A stretch of DNA of 63,020 nt, filler included, from Collodictyon triciliatum (taxonomy: Eukaryota): the NCBI GenBank assembly GCA_043381765.1. It is 17 parts of 17 records of this genome, joined end to end, with 100 filler letters (N's around TTAATTAATTAA, not from the genome) between each part and the next. Parts side by side here need not be neighbours in the genome. Positions count along the whole stretch, not along the records: positions 1 to 3,688 come from JBHJMP010006991.1; positions 3,789 to 7,469 come from JBHJMP010006992.1; positions 7,570 to 11,253 come from JBHJMP010006993.1; positions 11,354 to 15,035 come from JBHJMP010006996.1; positions 15,136 to 18,816 come from JBHJMP010006997.1; 12 more parts are not named here. One strand, written 5' to 3'. The position numbers were made by a program, and so were the translations under genes. Under the pieces are notes generated by a model. It was not told the origin of the DNA and ran no database searches. It was given only the letters and a program-made list of their open reading frames with translations. This document shows positions 1-15,277 of the stretch, one piece after another; positions within the stretch are counted from its first letter, which is position 1, and each line of letters starts with the position of its first letter.

Positions 1-48
<48 letters not shown>

Positions 49-173
49 TTTTTGTTTTTTTATGTTTTTTTTTGTTTTTTTATGTTTTTTTATGTTTTTT
101 TATGTTTTTTTATGTTTTTTTATGTTTTTTTATGTTTTTTAAATTGATTAATTAAATATTCGTTTATCATCAG

Positions 174-2181
174 ATTCACCGGAGCAGAAATTCTAATATT
201 AGGAGATGTCACGTATGGGGCTTGCTGTATCGACGATTTTACAGCAAGAGCCATGAACGCAGATTTTCTCATTCATTATGGGCATAGTTGTTTAGGTTTC
301 GTTTTCGATATTCTTTGACTATCTGTTAATTAATGTGTACATTTTTTGTTTTTATTTCTTCTTGTTTTTTGTTTGTTTAAATTATTTTTTTTCGGTTTCT
401 TTTGAGTTTATTTGGCATGATTGGGAAGATTTTCTTGTTTGCTCTTGTTTGTTCATTTTTATGTTGGTATTTACTATAAAGCAGTCTTCATAAACGCGAA
501 GATTTGATGTGCCAAACATGACTCTTAGTCCCGATACAATCAACGTCTGGAATCACGGTCCTGTACGTGTTTGTCGATATTCAAGTGGATATTGACCACT
601 TTGTAGAGACTATACGGTTAAACTTTGATGCTAGCAAGAGACTCGCATTTGTCAGCACTATTCAATTTGCCACGTCTTTGCAGGTTAGTTCCTAATTTTC
701 AAAATAACGAATGATTTAGAGTAAACAAACATTTATTTTATCTCTCTCTCTTTTTTTTTTGATATTCTTTAAAACAGACCGTGTTTCTAATCATTTTGAA
801 CTTTTTTGTTGGAAATATTTGCAGAATGCCAAAAAGAATTTGATTGGGTCACACCCAAACATATTTATTCCGCAAGCAAAGCCACTGTCTTCTGGAGAAA
901 TTCTAGGCTGCACATCTCCTAAAGTACCAGCTGCTGATGCTATCATGTAATTTGATTGATTATTGTGACATCCTACTTACTTTTTTTTAAAGAAAATAAT
1001 TGATTCATCGATTATCCTACTTTCATATCAGACANNNNNNNNNNNNNNNNNNNNNNNNNNNNNNNNNNNNNNNNNNNNNNNNNNNNNNNNNNNNNNNNNN
1101 NNNNNNNNNNNNNNNNNNNNNNNNNNNNNNNNNNNNNNNNNNNNNNNNNNNNNNNNNNNNNNNNNNNNNNNNNNNNNNNNNNNNNNNNNNNNNNNNNNNN
1201 NNNNNNNNNNNNNNNNNNNNNNNNNNNNNNNNNNNNNNNNNNNNNNNNNNNNNNNNNNNNNNNNNNNNNNNNNNNNNNNNNNNNNNNNNNNNNNNNNNNN
1301 NNNNNNNNNNNNNNNNNNNNNNNNNNNNNNNNNNNNNNNNNNNNNNNNNNNNNNNNNNNNNNNNNNNNNNNNNNNNNNNNNNNNNNNNNNNNNNNNNNNN
1401 NNNNNNNNNNNNNNNNNNNNNNNNNNNNNNNNNNNNNNNNNNNNNNNNNNNNNNNNNNNNNNNNNNNNNNNNNNNNNNNNNNNNNNNNNNNNNNNNNNNN
1501 NNNNNNNNNNNNNNNNNNNNNNNNNNNNNNNNNNNNNNNNNNNNNNNNNNNNNNNNNNNNNNNNNNNNAATAAATTTGGAATTATATTGGGAACACTTGG
1601 GAGGCAAGGAAGTCCTCTCATTTTAAATGTAATGAGCAAGATTCTTCAGATATATTTAAAGCCAAAAAAAATTGAGGAAAATAGAAAGAAAAAGGTAAGA
1701 GTGTGTAAAAACCTATGTAAATTGTAAAGAAATTATATAGCGTCTTCAAGAACGATTGGAAAAGGCTGGAAAGACTTTCATCATTCTTCTATTGTCTGAA
1801 ATATTCCCTCAAAAACTTCGCCTTTTCTCGGATATTGACGCGTATGTATATAAGTTATTTAATTTCATGCCCATTCTAACTGGCAGAACAAGAATCATAA
1901 CATGACCCATAATTGTATTTACACCCCTCATTAAGCATCTGTGAACCTCCTTTATTTCATCTCTTAATAGTTGGATTCAAATCGCTTGTCCACGGTTGTC
2001 GATTGACTGGGGTGAAGAGTTTGACAAGCCATTGCTGTCTCCTTATGAAGCTGAAGTTGCCTTGAAAGCCATAGAGTGGCAAAAAGAGTATCCTATGGAC
2101 TTCTATGCAAAAGACGGGGGTTCGTGGTCAGTCAACTACCAGCCTTCGCGCTCACAGAAGTTGGATACATCCAATACATAG
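174..2181 (+). CDS. DPH1: Diphthamide biosynthesis protein 1 (multi-exon, 5' partial, one internal gap)
   Basis: Exons translate to [31 protein letters not shown] (174-296), [10 protein letters not shown]...[44 protein letters not shown] and [26 protein letters not shown]...YPMDFY. These are the hallmark Dph1 motifs; introns are GT-AG. Confidence 0.95.
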
Positions 2182-2991
2182 CAGCACCCACTGCCAAATT
2201 ATCACCACTTATTTCAGGAGGAATAATAAATAAATGAATAAATTAATAAACTAAAACTGCATTTAACCTTCCGACTTGAAGAAAATCAATTGAAGCCTTC
2301 AAGACAGACGTTATAAGATGGTTAAGTGTTTTTTTTTTAAAAAAAAAAAAAAGTAGAGTATCTAATCATACTATACATTTGCGAAAATAATATGCAATAA
2401 TTCTGATTAAGATTCCTGATTATTGTGACCAATCATCATACAATTGCTTGTGGTATTTAAACAGGAACAATATGTTCAAACAAAAAAACTTGCATGGGTG
2501 ACAACTGTTGTCTTTACCAAAATCATTTCACTCTAGGGTTGGTAATGATTTCTAATATCATGTTTATCAATTTCGCTAATATTTGTCCCTTACACCAGAC
2601 CACACTCAAAAAGGAAAACCACCTTGCCATAACAGACAGTTCTATGCTTTTTTCAAGGGAAATGGCCAAGCTGTGTCGTATATATGCGTTGAGGTATTGC
2701 CACCGCAAAAGTCAAATACGTAATTGCAGTATATGTTGAAGTCATGCGTGATGTAATTGCATTCAACGCGATATTGATGTAAGGATGCCTTCTTTGTGCC
2801 ACATTCCGCAAATAATAGAAAATGTGAATCATTTTCGAGAAATGCGTCTCAGTGCGACTTGGATGAGACTTCTTTTCATCAATATTGTTCACTTCATAAT
2901 ATTGGGTACATAATTTAAAGGAGCTCTCCCAACCCCCAGCCCTTCTACCTTAATGAAGCGCATTATGCACATTTTAAGCCAGTCCGTGTTT

Positions 2992-3064
2992 TTTTTTTTT
3001 TAATGTTTTTTTATCATTCCTTTCAATTTTGTGTAAGATGGTGGGGGTGTTGGCTTTGGTTCGG
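2992..3064 (-). mobile_element. Short poly(A)-tailed retroposed insert, family 1 (longest body)
   Basis: Minus strand reads CCGAACCAAAGCCAACACCCCCACCATCTTACACAAAATTGAAAGGAATGATAAAAAAA plus an A tail. Degenerate direct repeats AGCCAGTCCGTGTTT (2977-2991) and AGCCTGTCTGTGTTT (3065-3079) flank it. Confidence 0.75.
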
Positions 3065-3689
3065 AGCCTGTCTGTGTTTCAAATCATCAATAACCCCTCT
3101 GTTCATCCGGTTTACCGCAGCGATTGTCTGATTGCGAATTTGCTCAACTCCTCCGCCCGTTACCGAGTCTCGGCCTACTACAAGGAATCCCTGTAGGTCG
3201 CTTGAAAGGGCAGCTTCGTTTCTTTCGTGTGAATGTTAAAGCCTTGTTGGCAAATACAATAAAGAGACTAGTTTATGGTCTGCTTCGCGCGGCAAGCTGG
3301 GCTGTCGGTCACTGCACAAGCATGGCGCCGGAGACATTTTTGAGGGGTGCAAACAGAGTCTTTCTCTTTTTGATTCAGATTCATTTACTGTACATGAAAA
3401 TCCGCCCCTAATTGGAAAGTATAATCGTGAAAAAAAAAATGAGAAAGGGGGTGCAAGAATTGTTTGCTGTGGTTCGATTGCAAATCCTTTTTCCAGGTGC
3501 GTCATTCCGTCACTGAGTGGCTGCCAAGTTCCGATTTGCTCCTGGTTGACTTTCAATATCTTCGTTTCGTGGTTTTTTATGGTTTTTTTTATGGTTTTTT
3601 TTATGGTTTTTTTTATGGTTTTTTTTATGGTTTTTTTTATGGTTTTTTTTATGGTTTTTATGGTTTTTATGGTTTTTTTTATGGTTTTN

Positions 3690-3788
3690 NNNNNNNNNNN
3701 NNNNNNNNNNNNNNNNNNNNNNNNNNNNNNNNTTAATTAATTAANNNNNNNNNNNNNNNNNNNNNNNNNNNNNNNNNNNNNNNNNNNN
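3690..3788. other. Artificial contig linker N-TTAATTAATTAA-N (first of 16)
   Basis: The same linker (stops in all six frames) starts at about 3733, 7514, 11298, 15080, 18861, 22642, 26419, 30194, 33970, 37745, 41518, 45291, 49062, 52833, 56604 and 60374. Spacing falls almost monotonically from about 3.78 to 3.77 kb, which indicates size-sorted contigs. Confidence 0.98.
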
Positions 3789-3901
3789 AAGCAAGAGTTG
3801 AGCAAGAGCCTTTAAACCCAAGAGGTTTTTTGTTTTTGTTTTTTTTTTTTTTTGTTTTAATTTTTTTTTTTTTTTTTTTTTGTCTTTTCCTTTTTTATTT
3901 G

Positions 3902-3952
<51 letters not shown>

Positions 3953-4283
3953 TTATGTGTGGTGATATGACTGAATTAAACATGTAGTATAGAACTCTAA
4001 AAAAACATATGTTCTCCGCCCGCAGATTTCGAAAGCGAGGCAAAAGCAGCTGCTGACCTGGGCATGATTATCAAAACAATCTTTAAACTATAAACACAAC
4101 TTTTGTCTCGCCATCAGGCTTTTCAAATACTTTACAACAATGATATCATACATACAAGAAGGATGAGAGGGAGATTTTTGCCTCATAGTCCTTAAAGGGG
4201 CCACCCGTAAACCTTATATCGAGAAGGCGATGACAGAGTTTTTCACTTAAGGACTGGAGAGCGTGTAAGACACAGTTTCGGCA

Positions 4284-4469
4284 CTAGCGCCGCTCAAGTA
4301 TATATAACCGGAAATTTATTTAATGCCTAAAATCGTTATATTTTATAAAACTTATACTAAAAGGCTTATACAATCTTTCGATTGATAAGCCTGGTACTCT
4401 AGTATCCAAAGTCTCACCACTTTTTCACAAAGATTGTGTAGTGGCGAAGGCTGCCAGGAAAGACCCGAC

Positions 4470-4472
<3 letters not shown>
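4284..4472 (-). ncRNA. Candidate Fanzor omegaRNA scaffold / element right end (copy A)
   Basis: Lies immediately 3' of Fanzor copy A, and 4354-4472 is homologous to 62468-62588. Three predicted stems: 4450-4472, 4414-4447, and a long GAAA-tetraloop hairpin at 4354-4405. The distal boundary at 4284 is inferred. Confidence 0.6.
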
Positions 4473-6512
<2,040 letters not shown>

Positions 6513-7371
6513 CTGAAAGTCTTTGTTTTACGTTTCCCTTTAGAGAACTACCGAGTTTTCAGTTTTAATCAGCCTTTAGTCAATCAGTCGATTTAATATA
6601 TATAAAATTGCACAGAATCAATTCAGGTAAAATTAAGCACCTACCGAGACTCTCAAAATGTGTGCATTGTGGCAAACACACACACACAAAGTTTTTTTTT
6701 ACAAGTGATTTGAGACAAAACGCTAAGAGCCGACTCGGCAAGTTCGAAAGGACGGCCGTATAGCCGTTGCGACTGAAAGTTAACGCATCGACCCCAAACA
6801 ACATGATTGCCGATGCAAGTGCGGATAGTATACTTTTTTGAAATGCATGTTTGGTGGCAGGTTTATGGGCTGATTTCTGTCTGGGCCAAGGCAAGGGCTT
6901 GTTTGTCAGTTTTGAATTTTTGAATGAATATTACATAACGGAAAATAAAATATAAGCTGATTATAGGAATTGAATGAACTTATTATGTATTTTTAACTAT
7001 ATTATATATACCAATCATACTAACATATTATTCAGATTCTTTCTTGGATTCATCAGAGCTCCTGCTTTCGTCAATCCAGATTTAATTCGATGGTTTTCTG
7101 TGCAAAAAACTGCTTTTGATGAGTACACTTTCGTTGTATATAAAGTGGTGTGCCTTGAAAGGGATAAAACCAAGTTGGTCACAACCTTTGCAATGAAGTT
7201 TATCCATTAACAGGCTGAATGAGACCGAAGAGAAAGAAAAGAAAAAGGAAGAAGATGAATGAATCAGAGCAACTAATACTGAGCACCATATGCATACTGA
7301 TCTTGCTGCCAGAAGCCTTTTTTTATTCCACTTTACTACCACTACTACTACCACTACTACTACCACTACTA

Positions 7372-7469
<98 letters not shown>

Positions 7470-9028
7470 NNNNNNNNNNNNNNNNNNNNNNNNNNNNNNN
7501 NNNNNNNNNNNNNTTAATTAATTAANNNNNNNNNNNNNNNNNNNNNNNNNNNNNNNNNNNNNNNNNNNNGGAAAGAAATCAACTCGTGGATATAAGTTGA
7601 CCTATCTTGATTAAATGTTGATTTTTGTGGGCTTCCTCAAATTCATCCTTCATCCGGAATCAAGCCTTTCGGAGCTGACACAAAGTTGAAGACCTATAGT
7701 AGCCATTGGTAGGACATCACCTCATATTTCTAGGCCTCACCTGCTTTTAACGAGCCAAGTGTGTGGTACCCTTGTTCATGTTTTGTATGCTGTGAGGTGA
7801 CTCATGATCAATTAATGCAAAGTAGAATTAATCTCTAGATTTTTGTGACAACTTCAAAGCCCCACCGTTTCAAAGTGATTGACTTACTGTGACTTACCGC
7901 ACCATTGTTCATGTTGAATCGTAGTCGGCTATTTATACCGGTCGCTCTGATAGCAGAAAAATGAGTATTAAGGAATTCTTAATTTTTTTTTTAAAAAAAA
8001 AAACATAAATCCACAGGTTGAACAAAAGGTACTGGGTAATTTGATACGGTGTCGCGTCCGCATCAATGCTAACGCGCTGATTAGAGTCAACTTCTCTATG
8101 TATTTTCAAATGAGAGAGAAAATCTCGTATAGCTTCTAATTTGCCTACAGATGAAGCATTTGCATCCCGTCATTCTCGCAACCAGAATGCACTACTCAGG
8201 TGCGGTTGAAAGGGGTGTTAAAACGTAGACTCAGCGGCAATATCTCTAGGCCATCAATACTGAGCCGGAAAATAAAAGTTCCACAGTACTGCAATCTTTG
8301 TTGCCGCCCCCGACGCCAATACTCATGTGCCAATACAGCTGGTGCATAATTCATAACTTGGGAAGAAAGAAAGGGGGATAGAGGGTCGGTATATCGGTTG
8401 GTGGGCTTTTGGTCAGCTGCAACGACAACCTTTGTAGTTTATCCAGTTCCTTCCCGATAGCATTCTAGTCTCGTGCGAAAGTACATCACAGTCCGGTATA
8501 TTGCGGTATATGCGATGTCTCCAGCCTTCCCACTAGCAAAAAAGAAAAAGGGAAAGAAAATCTTGCACTTTACTAAACTTTGACAGGCTTCAGTGAAGCA
8601 GAATAGAGCGGAATAAGAAAGAATCAGAAAAATTCCACATATGTACATTAAGATTGCTGCGTCACTGGCCTTCACGACAGAATGAATATTCTTTTCCAAG
8701 CGAAGCGCACCTAAAAGGAATTAATTTCCATCACATGAATTCAATCATTATACATATTTACTAAAATCATCGAATGTTCCATCCATTGGAAAAAAATCCC
8801 TCAACAGCCTAAAAACATACCACGACGCGCTTTCAACCGCTCTTTGAAAAAATACCAGCATGTAACTATACACAAGCGCCAAAGCCCAAAGAGAGAACGA
8901 GAGAAGATGCACCCAACAAACCCAAGTGCTCTTCTTGTGCAGGAGAGAAAGGGATTCGTATAGTAACGAGAGGAAAATGAATCTCAAAATCGCTTGCTTC
9001 GGCAGGCTTTTGTCTTTTACAGAACACG

Positions 9029-10273
9029 ATGACGAGTCCTCGTCAGGCTGCCGTCTTCGCCATGATCCTTGTCTCTGTTTTGCTCGTGGGCCTCTCCTTT
9101 GCGCCTAGATCCTTGTTGCCCTTTAACAGCAATCCTCTTCATCGCCCGAGCGTGCGGGTCAGAAGTGTGCCTGTGGAGCTCAACTTGAAGGCACAGTCGG
9201 ACAAATCAGACGCAGCCAGTGTACAACTACCTGTGGATTTGAAGAGCGACACAGTCAACCTGACCCAGCCTCGACTCACCGACGATGAGCTTCTCCAGTT
9301 CATCCAAGACTGCCGGCCCGAGTATCCGTCCATTATCTACTATAACAGAGTGCCAAAGTGCGCCTCCGAAAGTATGATACATTACATCGCAAAGAACGCG
9401 GTGAAAGCTGATCATCTAAAGAAGCCCTTTGTCCAAAAACACTACTCGCCCAACTCCATGGAGGAGCACCCGATCAAAAACCCATACCAGCTTTATATCA
9501 CACCGTTGGAAGTCGCAGTGCGAGTCAAGGAAATGGTTTATATGAGGCCAGCTATTTTCGATAGCCATACAGCATATGTGTCTTATATGCCGCATAATGC
9601 GCACCTGTCTGAAAAAGGAAAAGGCGACATCTCTTACATCAACGTCATTAGAGAGCCCTTATCGAGAGCACTATCCGACAAGAACTACATGTGTACTAAG
9701 CATCAAGTTTATTGAAACACATCCAATGTCGACTATTTTATGCATGCAAAGAACGCACAACTTCTGTACATGTGCGGACACCAGAATGAATGTCGGAAGA
9801 ACGACGCAGACGCACTGTACATCGCCAAGGTCAGGCTTGCACACACATATAGCCTGGTGGGGATTACAGAGAGATTGAAGGAGACGACGGAGATACTTCA
9901 GAAAATCTTCCCTCGCTTCTTTGTATTGGTAAGAAGGCAATAAAATATTGACAGTAGTGTTTTCATGAATTCGAACAGCCTATTCAATTCGATAACGATA
10001 TTAATTCAAATTGCAATAAAAAAAAGCACGATGATGGTACCGTTGATACATGAAATTTGATACCCTTTTATCACGATAACGGATATTTGCGCGTTAAACT
10101 CATAGGGCTTTACAGACATCCACGTGAACGTATTTCACTCCAGCTCTGAGTCATTGAATATCACATCCCATGATTTGGATGCCTTCCGAAACATCAGCCG
10201 TAACGACATCGAGTTTTATGACTTTGCCATGAAAGCATTCGATAAGAAGAGAAAGCTTTGTTTTGGTAACTGA
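9029..10273 (+). CDS. Heparan-sulfate/uronyl 2-O-sulfotransferase-like (Sulfotransfer_2) type II membrane protein
   Basis: N-terminal TM anchor, PAPS-binding IIYYNRVPKCASES and YINVIREPLSRALS, LLYMCGHQNEC, LVGITERL, C-terminal DIEFYDFA. An in-frame TGA at 9713-9715 is either inside a possible 45-nt intron (9707-9751) or a nonsense change. Intron at about 9929-10105. Confidence 0.8.
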
Positions 10274-11525
10274 GAAATCAAGAAAATTATAATAAACAAC
10301 TGTACACAACGCTCCTTTGACTGATTCTTTTCATTTACTGAAAAACCACTCAATTAGAAATTAAGTACCTGTTTTTAAGGTAGATATACGTATTGATTTA
10401 TTGCGTATAATCTAACATACTTGGTTGGGTTGCAATCAGAATGAAAAGTTGTTTGATTTCCAATCTCTTGTTTTATTGACCGTGCTGCGAAGTTTGAAAA
10501 TCCAGGTAACGAAGCGGGATTCTGTTATTGAAGGCAAGACAGAGGTGCGCTGCTTGCTCGATAACCAACACTCTTGTATGAATCGAAGGGTGTTGGATGT
10601 GGAGCTGGTCACGTATACATTTTACAGATTCTTCATGAATTCAGCACAGGAATGGATGATGACTTCATAAAGTTCGAGAGTGTGGGAAGCAACTCAGCCA
10701 AGGTTGTATTATTGATGACAATCATTACCTTTTGAAGGGGCTTACCCAAAGTAGACAGTTGAAGAAAAATGATATGGCAGGCTCTATTGATTATCCAACG
10801 TTAAAAAAAATGATGTCATAGCAATCCGCATAGCTCAGCCACATACCAAGAAGTGCACCCTTCCTGTTCGATATCTCCAACAGGGAGCTGTGGTTAGGTG
10901 CGTGCGTAGTCCATGCAAAAAAATCTCTCCAGAATGTATCATATTCCAGAGTGGAGATGACTCTATCGAATGCTAATTTATTCAGTGCTCTCTTGCTAAA
11001 AAAGTAACAGAATCTGCTGAAAGACGCTCTCCAAGACTGATTGTGCTCCCAACCGACTCAGCACGCCCGGCATCATGTTTGGAAAGTAGTACCAAATGAC
11101 CCACGACTCTAGAATACCCTGTACACAAAGCATCACCCCAGATACAGATTTCGATTGATTCTCCTAGATTCAAAGAGCGAGTGCCAGCGGCTGCACACAA
11201 CTTCGCTTCTTCCCACAACAACACCAGCACATTACTTGGTAGAGCATTCGTAANNNNNNNNNNNNNNNNNNNNNNNNNNNNNNNNNNNNNNNNNNNNTTA
11301 ATTAATTAANNNNNNNNNNNNNNNNNNNNNNNNNNNNNNNNNNNNNNNNNNNNAAACAAAAAAACCAAAAAACCAAAAAACCAAAAAACCAAAAAACCAA
11401 AAAACCAAAAAACCAAAAAACCAAAAAACCAAAAAACCAAAAAACCAAAAAACCAAAAAACGAAATAAAAGATAAAAGATAAAAGATAAAAAGAAAACAA
11501 TTCTTTTTTCACAGCCACCAGCAGA

Positions 11526-14500
11526 ATGGACCAAGAGTCCATTCTCCTTTCCACGGAGCACGAAACAGCCAGCACCTCTGGCCTCCCTAAAATCACCGCG
11601 ATCAGAGGCCTGAAGGTTGGGCCGAGCAGCATTGGCTCTTCCCTCTCAAATGCAACCCAGATCGCTCCACCACACGGGAGCCAACAAACACAAACTCAAA
11701 CACAGACAAAAACCGCTACAAATCAGCACGCAACATATCCCACAAACACTCAAACATCACCACTCCGCTCGTCTGTTCGTTCCTCACTCCCAGCAATATC
11801 CAACGCCTCGGTTTCATTCGCTGTTCCTGAACCCGCGGTTCCGCAAGCAAACAAAGGAGGACAAAGCACTGCGCTGACTCCGCGAACCCCAAGGCCGCCT
11901 CAGGCTCCACACACACCTCGAACACCGCGAACACCACAAACTCCTCGTTTAGCCACGCTGGAAAAAGTGAAGGGAAATGTGACCTATCCTGGCCCACAAG
12001 CTACGAACCAAGTGACACTGGTTGTGCCCACATCTACATCCGAGCTCTCCGTTTCGGTCAGTGACGCTTCTTTATCATTATCTGGAAGAAAGCCGGCTGC
12101 CCCGATTGTTGCGAGCGCGCCAGCTGAATCATCTTCTTTCCCGCCATATCGCCTGCCGAACACAAAACTGGCCAAGCGTGATGCGAAAAAGCACTACAGG
12201 TTCATCAGAAGACAAAATTCTGTTTGATTACAACACGATACTAGCATCGCAGTCAATCACACACCAAACTCAGTGCGTAATATGGATTGTAGTAAGCAAA
12301 TATAGTAAGAGCAAACTAATCCCCCCCAAAAAATTAATTACATAGCTACCCGCCTTTCCGATATTACATTTGCGAAACAAAAGCTTACAGCCCTCGCTTT
12401 GCCATCCTGTTATCTGAACCAGAAACAAAATTATTGAAATGGTCATTTCATGACTCGATCGAGTCTCTAGTGCTCAGGTTGACCAACTCTGATTTGCATC
12501 ATTCAGTATCCCCTGGCAGATTTGTAATTTTTTTCCCTACCCAGAAATGCAGACAGATTGCCATGCCTATCAACACGGATACCACATAGATTTCATTTAC
12601 TAAAGTCGAACCCGTTGGCATCAGCATTCGACCCAGATAATGAGGTATGCTATTTTTTATGTTACTCAAAGGGAGTTAGTTATTATATTGAAAAGGAATT
12701 CCTTGCGCGATGCTTCCATGAACAGGGACCTCTCGGCGAGCAAATGAAAACATGGCAGTCCACCATTTTCCCAAGCAACTCTCCAAATAGCAGACAAGAG
12801 GTATTGCAACTTTGCCGAACCATGGATACCTTGATGACTGAATTCAATCAACTTCAATCGCGGCATTTCTCCACGTACATTATTCAATAGTTCATTTACT
12901 AATGTTTTCCTTATCCTAAAACATTTGCATCATATTTCATTTTCTATCCATCATGTTGAACGGATCTGTACTAAGTCATACCGTTCGTTGGAAACAAGCA
13001 TTCATATTTCTATCTTTCACTGCGACATTTTCAAACAAGATTCTTGAAAGCTAACGAAGAAAAGAGAGGAAAAACTCTTTGTAATGATTATATGATGGAC
13101 CATGCCATCCTTCCTGAGTTCGAACTTTGGGATTTGGCCTTGTCTGAGATTGTTAGACAAGTATGTAATATTTATGCACAATTTAATTTTGTTTGAATTC
13201 TGATAATTGCCTTTCATCACAATATCAATGACATTTCCAAGGTATACACAACTTGTTCAGAAAGAGGAATCCTCATGGAATTGGTTCATTCAAGGCTTGT
13301 ACAAATTTGGCAAATACTAATTGGTGAAGTGTACAAGTCACGTTTGGAAAGGGACCGTTTGAGGTTTGTAAAACTTCAGAGAACACTATTCATGTAACTC
13401 CCAAAAAATATTCCAAGTTTAAGCGATAACTTCTTTATGTTTGTTAATACAGAATTAAGTACACCGAAAGTCAAAAGATCGTCAACCATTACCTGGACCT
13501 TGAAAGAAAAACAGCTCTGAAAGAATATCAGGTAAACCATTACAAAAGTATATCACAAGGCATGAAATTCAATTAAGTAAAGCTGACTTACAGGGATTAA
13601 AAGATGATTTTTTTCCTTTATTCGATTAGAGAGGGATTCAAAGAGGATAAATATTTGCAAGGACCGTAATCTATAAATGCTTATTTTAAAAGCCATCTAT
13701 TACAGGATGTCGTTTCAAAAGCACTGGAGTCTGATATAATAAAATCAGTACGAGAGGAAATCGACAATCCAAAATACCAGGAGTCCCAAAACGAGGAATT
13801 TGATGATATATTTGAAAATGGATTCTCAGCTGAAACAACCGCTGAAGCGCCAAATCCTTCCTCTGTAATTAGCCAAAGTGCAAACGCTCAGTTAAAAGAA
13901 AAAGACGAAAAAATTGATCCGTTCGAAATGACTGATACAGAGAGTTCTGATGATGACGTGGATGAAATGAAGAATATCTTTTATGCCCAAAATAAGCCAT
14001 CTAGAAGGTTATTTCCCACTGTGTATATCTTATCTGAAAAGACTAAAACTATAATTAAAAATTCTTTCCTTTGTAAATTTCCAATAAGGTCATCTAATTT
14101 TTTTTTTCAAAGGAAAATACCTGATGGCATCTTTGCACTCAAGACACACGAATCAAGAGATGCCTCCACACAAACCACAGACCCTTCTAAAAAAAGAATA
14201 GCAGGGAGTTACCATGATAATCAGAATGATGATATTCTATTTCCAAAAATTCCGCAGGCAAATTTCACCCGAGTGTGTGAGGATGCCTTGAAGACGATTT
14301 TTGATCAGATAACCGAATTAAGGAATTCATTACCCAGCGTACGTCTTAACAGTTCAGATCGAAAAGCCACGATCACATACTAATAATGAAGTTACCTAGT
14401 CTATACAAGCTCATCCATTTATTAAATCAAGGATAAACCCATCGTTTCTCCCTCCTTTGGGAGAATTCGCCAGCACAAACAAAACCAAAAGCTGGACCCG

Positions 14501-14752
14501 ATCTTATTGGAAGAATATATCCAAGATATTCTGTCATGCACATCTTCATTGACGACTGATTTCATCACTTTCAAGAAAAAATACTTTTCAGAAGCAACAT
14601 TAAATCATGAAAATACCCAAACCGATGATTTTGCTGTTACAGATGTTGGAATTACGACTGATTATACGCCTCATGAATTAATATGTTTTTTCGAGAAGTC
14701 CTATGTTCAAATCTCCGTTCAGACAGACGGTTTTCTTTCTTCTATATGCTAA
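11526..14752 (+). CDS. Uncharacterised multi-exon protein with Ser/Thr/Pro-rich N-terminus
   Basis: 233-aa GC-richer first ORF with TPRTP repeats, followed by several plus-strand coding-like segments separated by AT-rich GT-AG introns. No family recognised, and it may be more than one gene. Confidence 0.4.
13609..13631 (-). mobile_element. Short retroposed insert, family 2 (degenerate)
   Basis: Minus strand CTCTAATCGAATAAAGGAAAAAA, flanked by imperfect repeats AGGGATTAAAAGATGAT / AGGGATTCAAAGAGGAT. Confidence 0.55.
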
Positions 14753-14963
14753 AATTTGAAGTAATTGAAACATATCAGTTTTCATCATTAATAAATTGCT
14801 GAGATATGTACATTTTTTCCCCCTTCAAACAAAATAAAACAGAAGTTGTACCTGCGGTGAATTTTATTGAAAAGGACATAGACCGGGTACCTTTCTTTCT
14901 TTATAAATACAATCAACAAGCTTTCTGAATACTTTCTACGTCAGATTGATTTCCTTTGCACAT

Positions 14964-15035
<72 letters not shown>

Positions 15036-15135
15036 NNNNNNNNNNNNNNNNNNNNNNNNNNNNNNNNNNNNNNNNNNNNTTAATTAATTAANNNNNNNNN
15101 NNNNNNNNNNNNNNNNNNNNNNNNNNNNNNNNNNN

Positions 15136-15210
<75 letters not shown>

Positions 15211-15277
15211 ATCGTCTTCTCTACCTCCTTCTCTCCAACTAACGCCACCGAACCCTCCAAGTTTCTACAAAGAAGAT

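Noticed and set aside
1000-1639. ORFs spanning N runs and poly-K/F/L ORFs in simple repeats throughout the window
   Set aside because: Artefacts of gaps and homopolymer or microsatellite tracts.
3140-3185. tRNA A-box-like sequence (TAGGCCGAGACTCGGTAA, minus strand) as a SINE head for family 1
   Set aside because: It lies outside the TSD-bounded insert (2992-3064), and there is no B-box or cloverleaf.
6580-7210. Possible transposase upstream of Fanzor A
   Set aside because: The short ORFs show no DDE, HUH or serine-recombinase motifs, and no terminal inverted repeat matches the right end.
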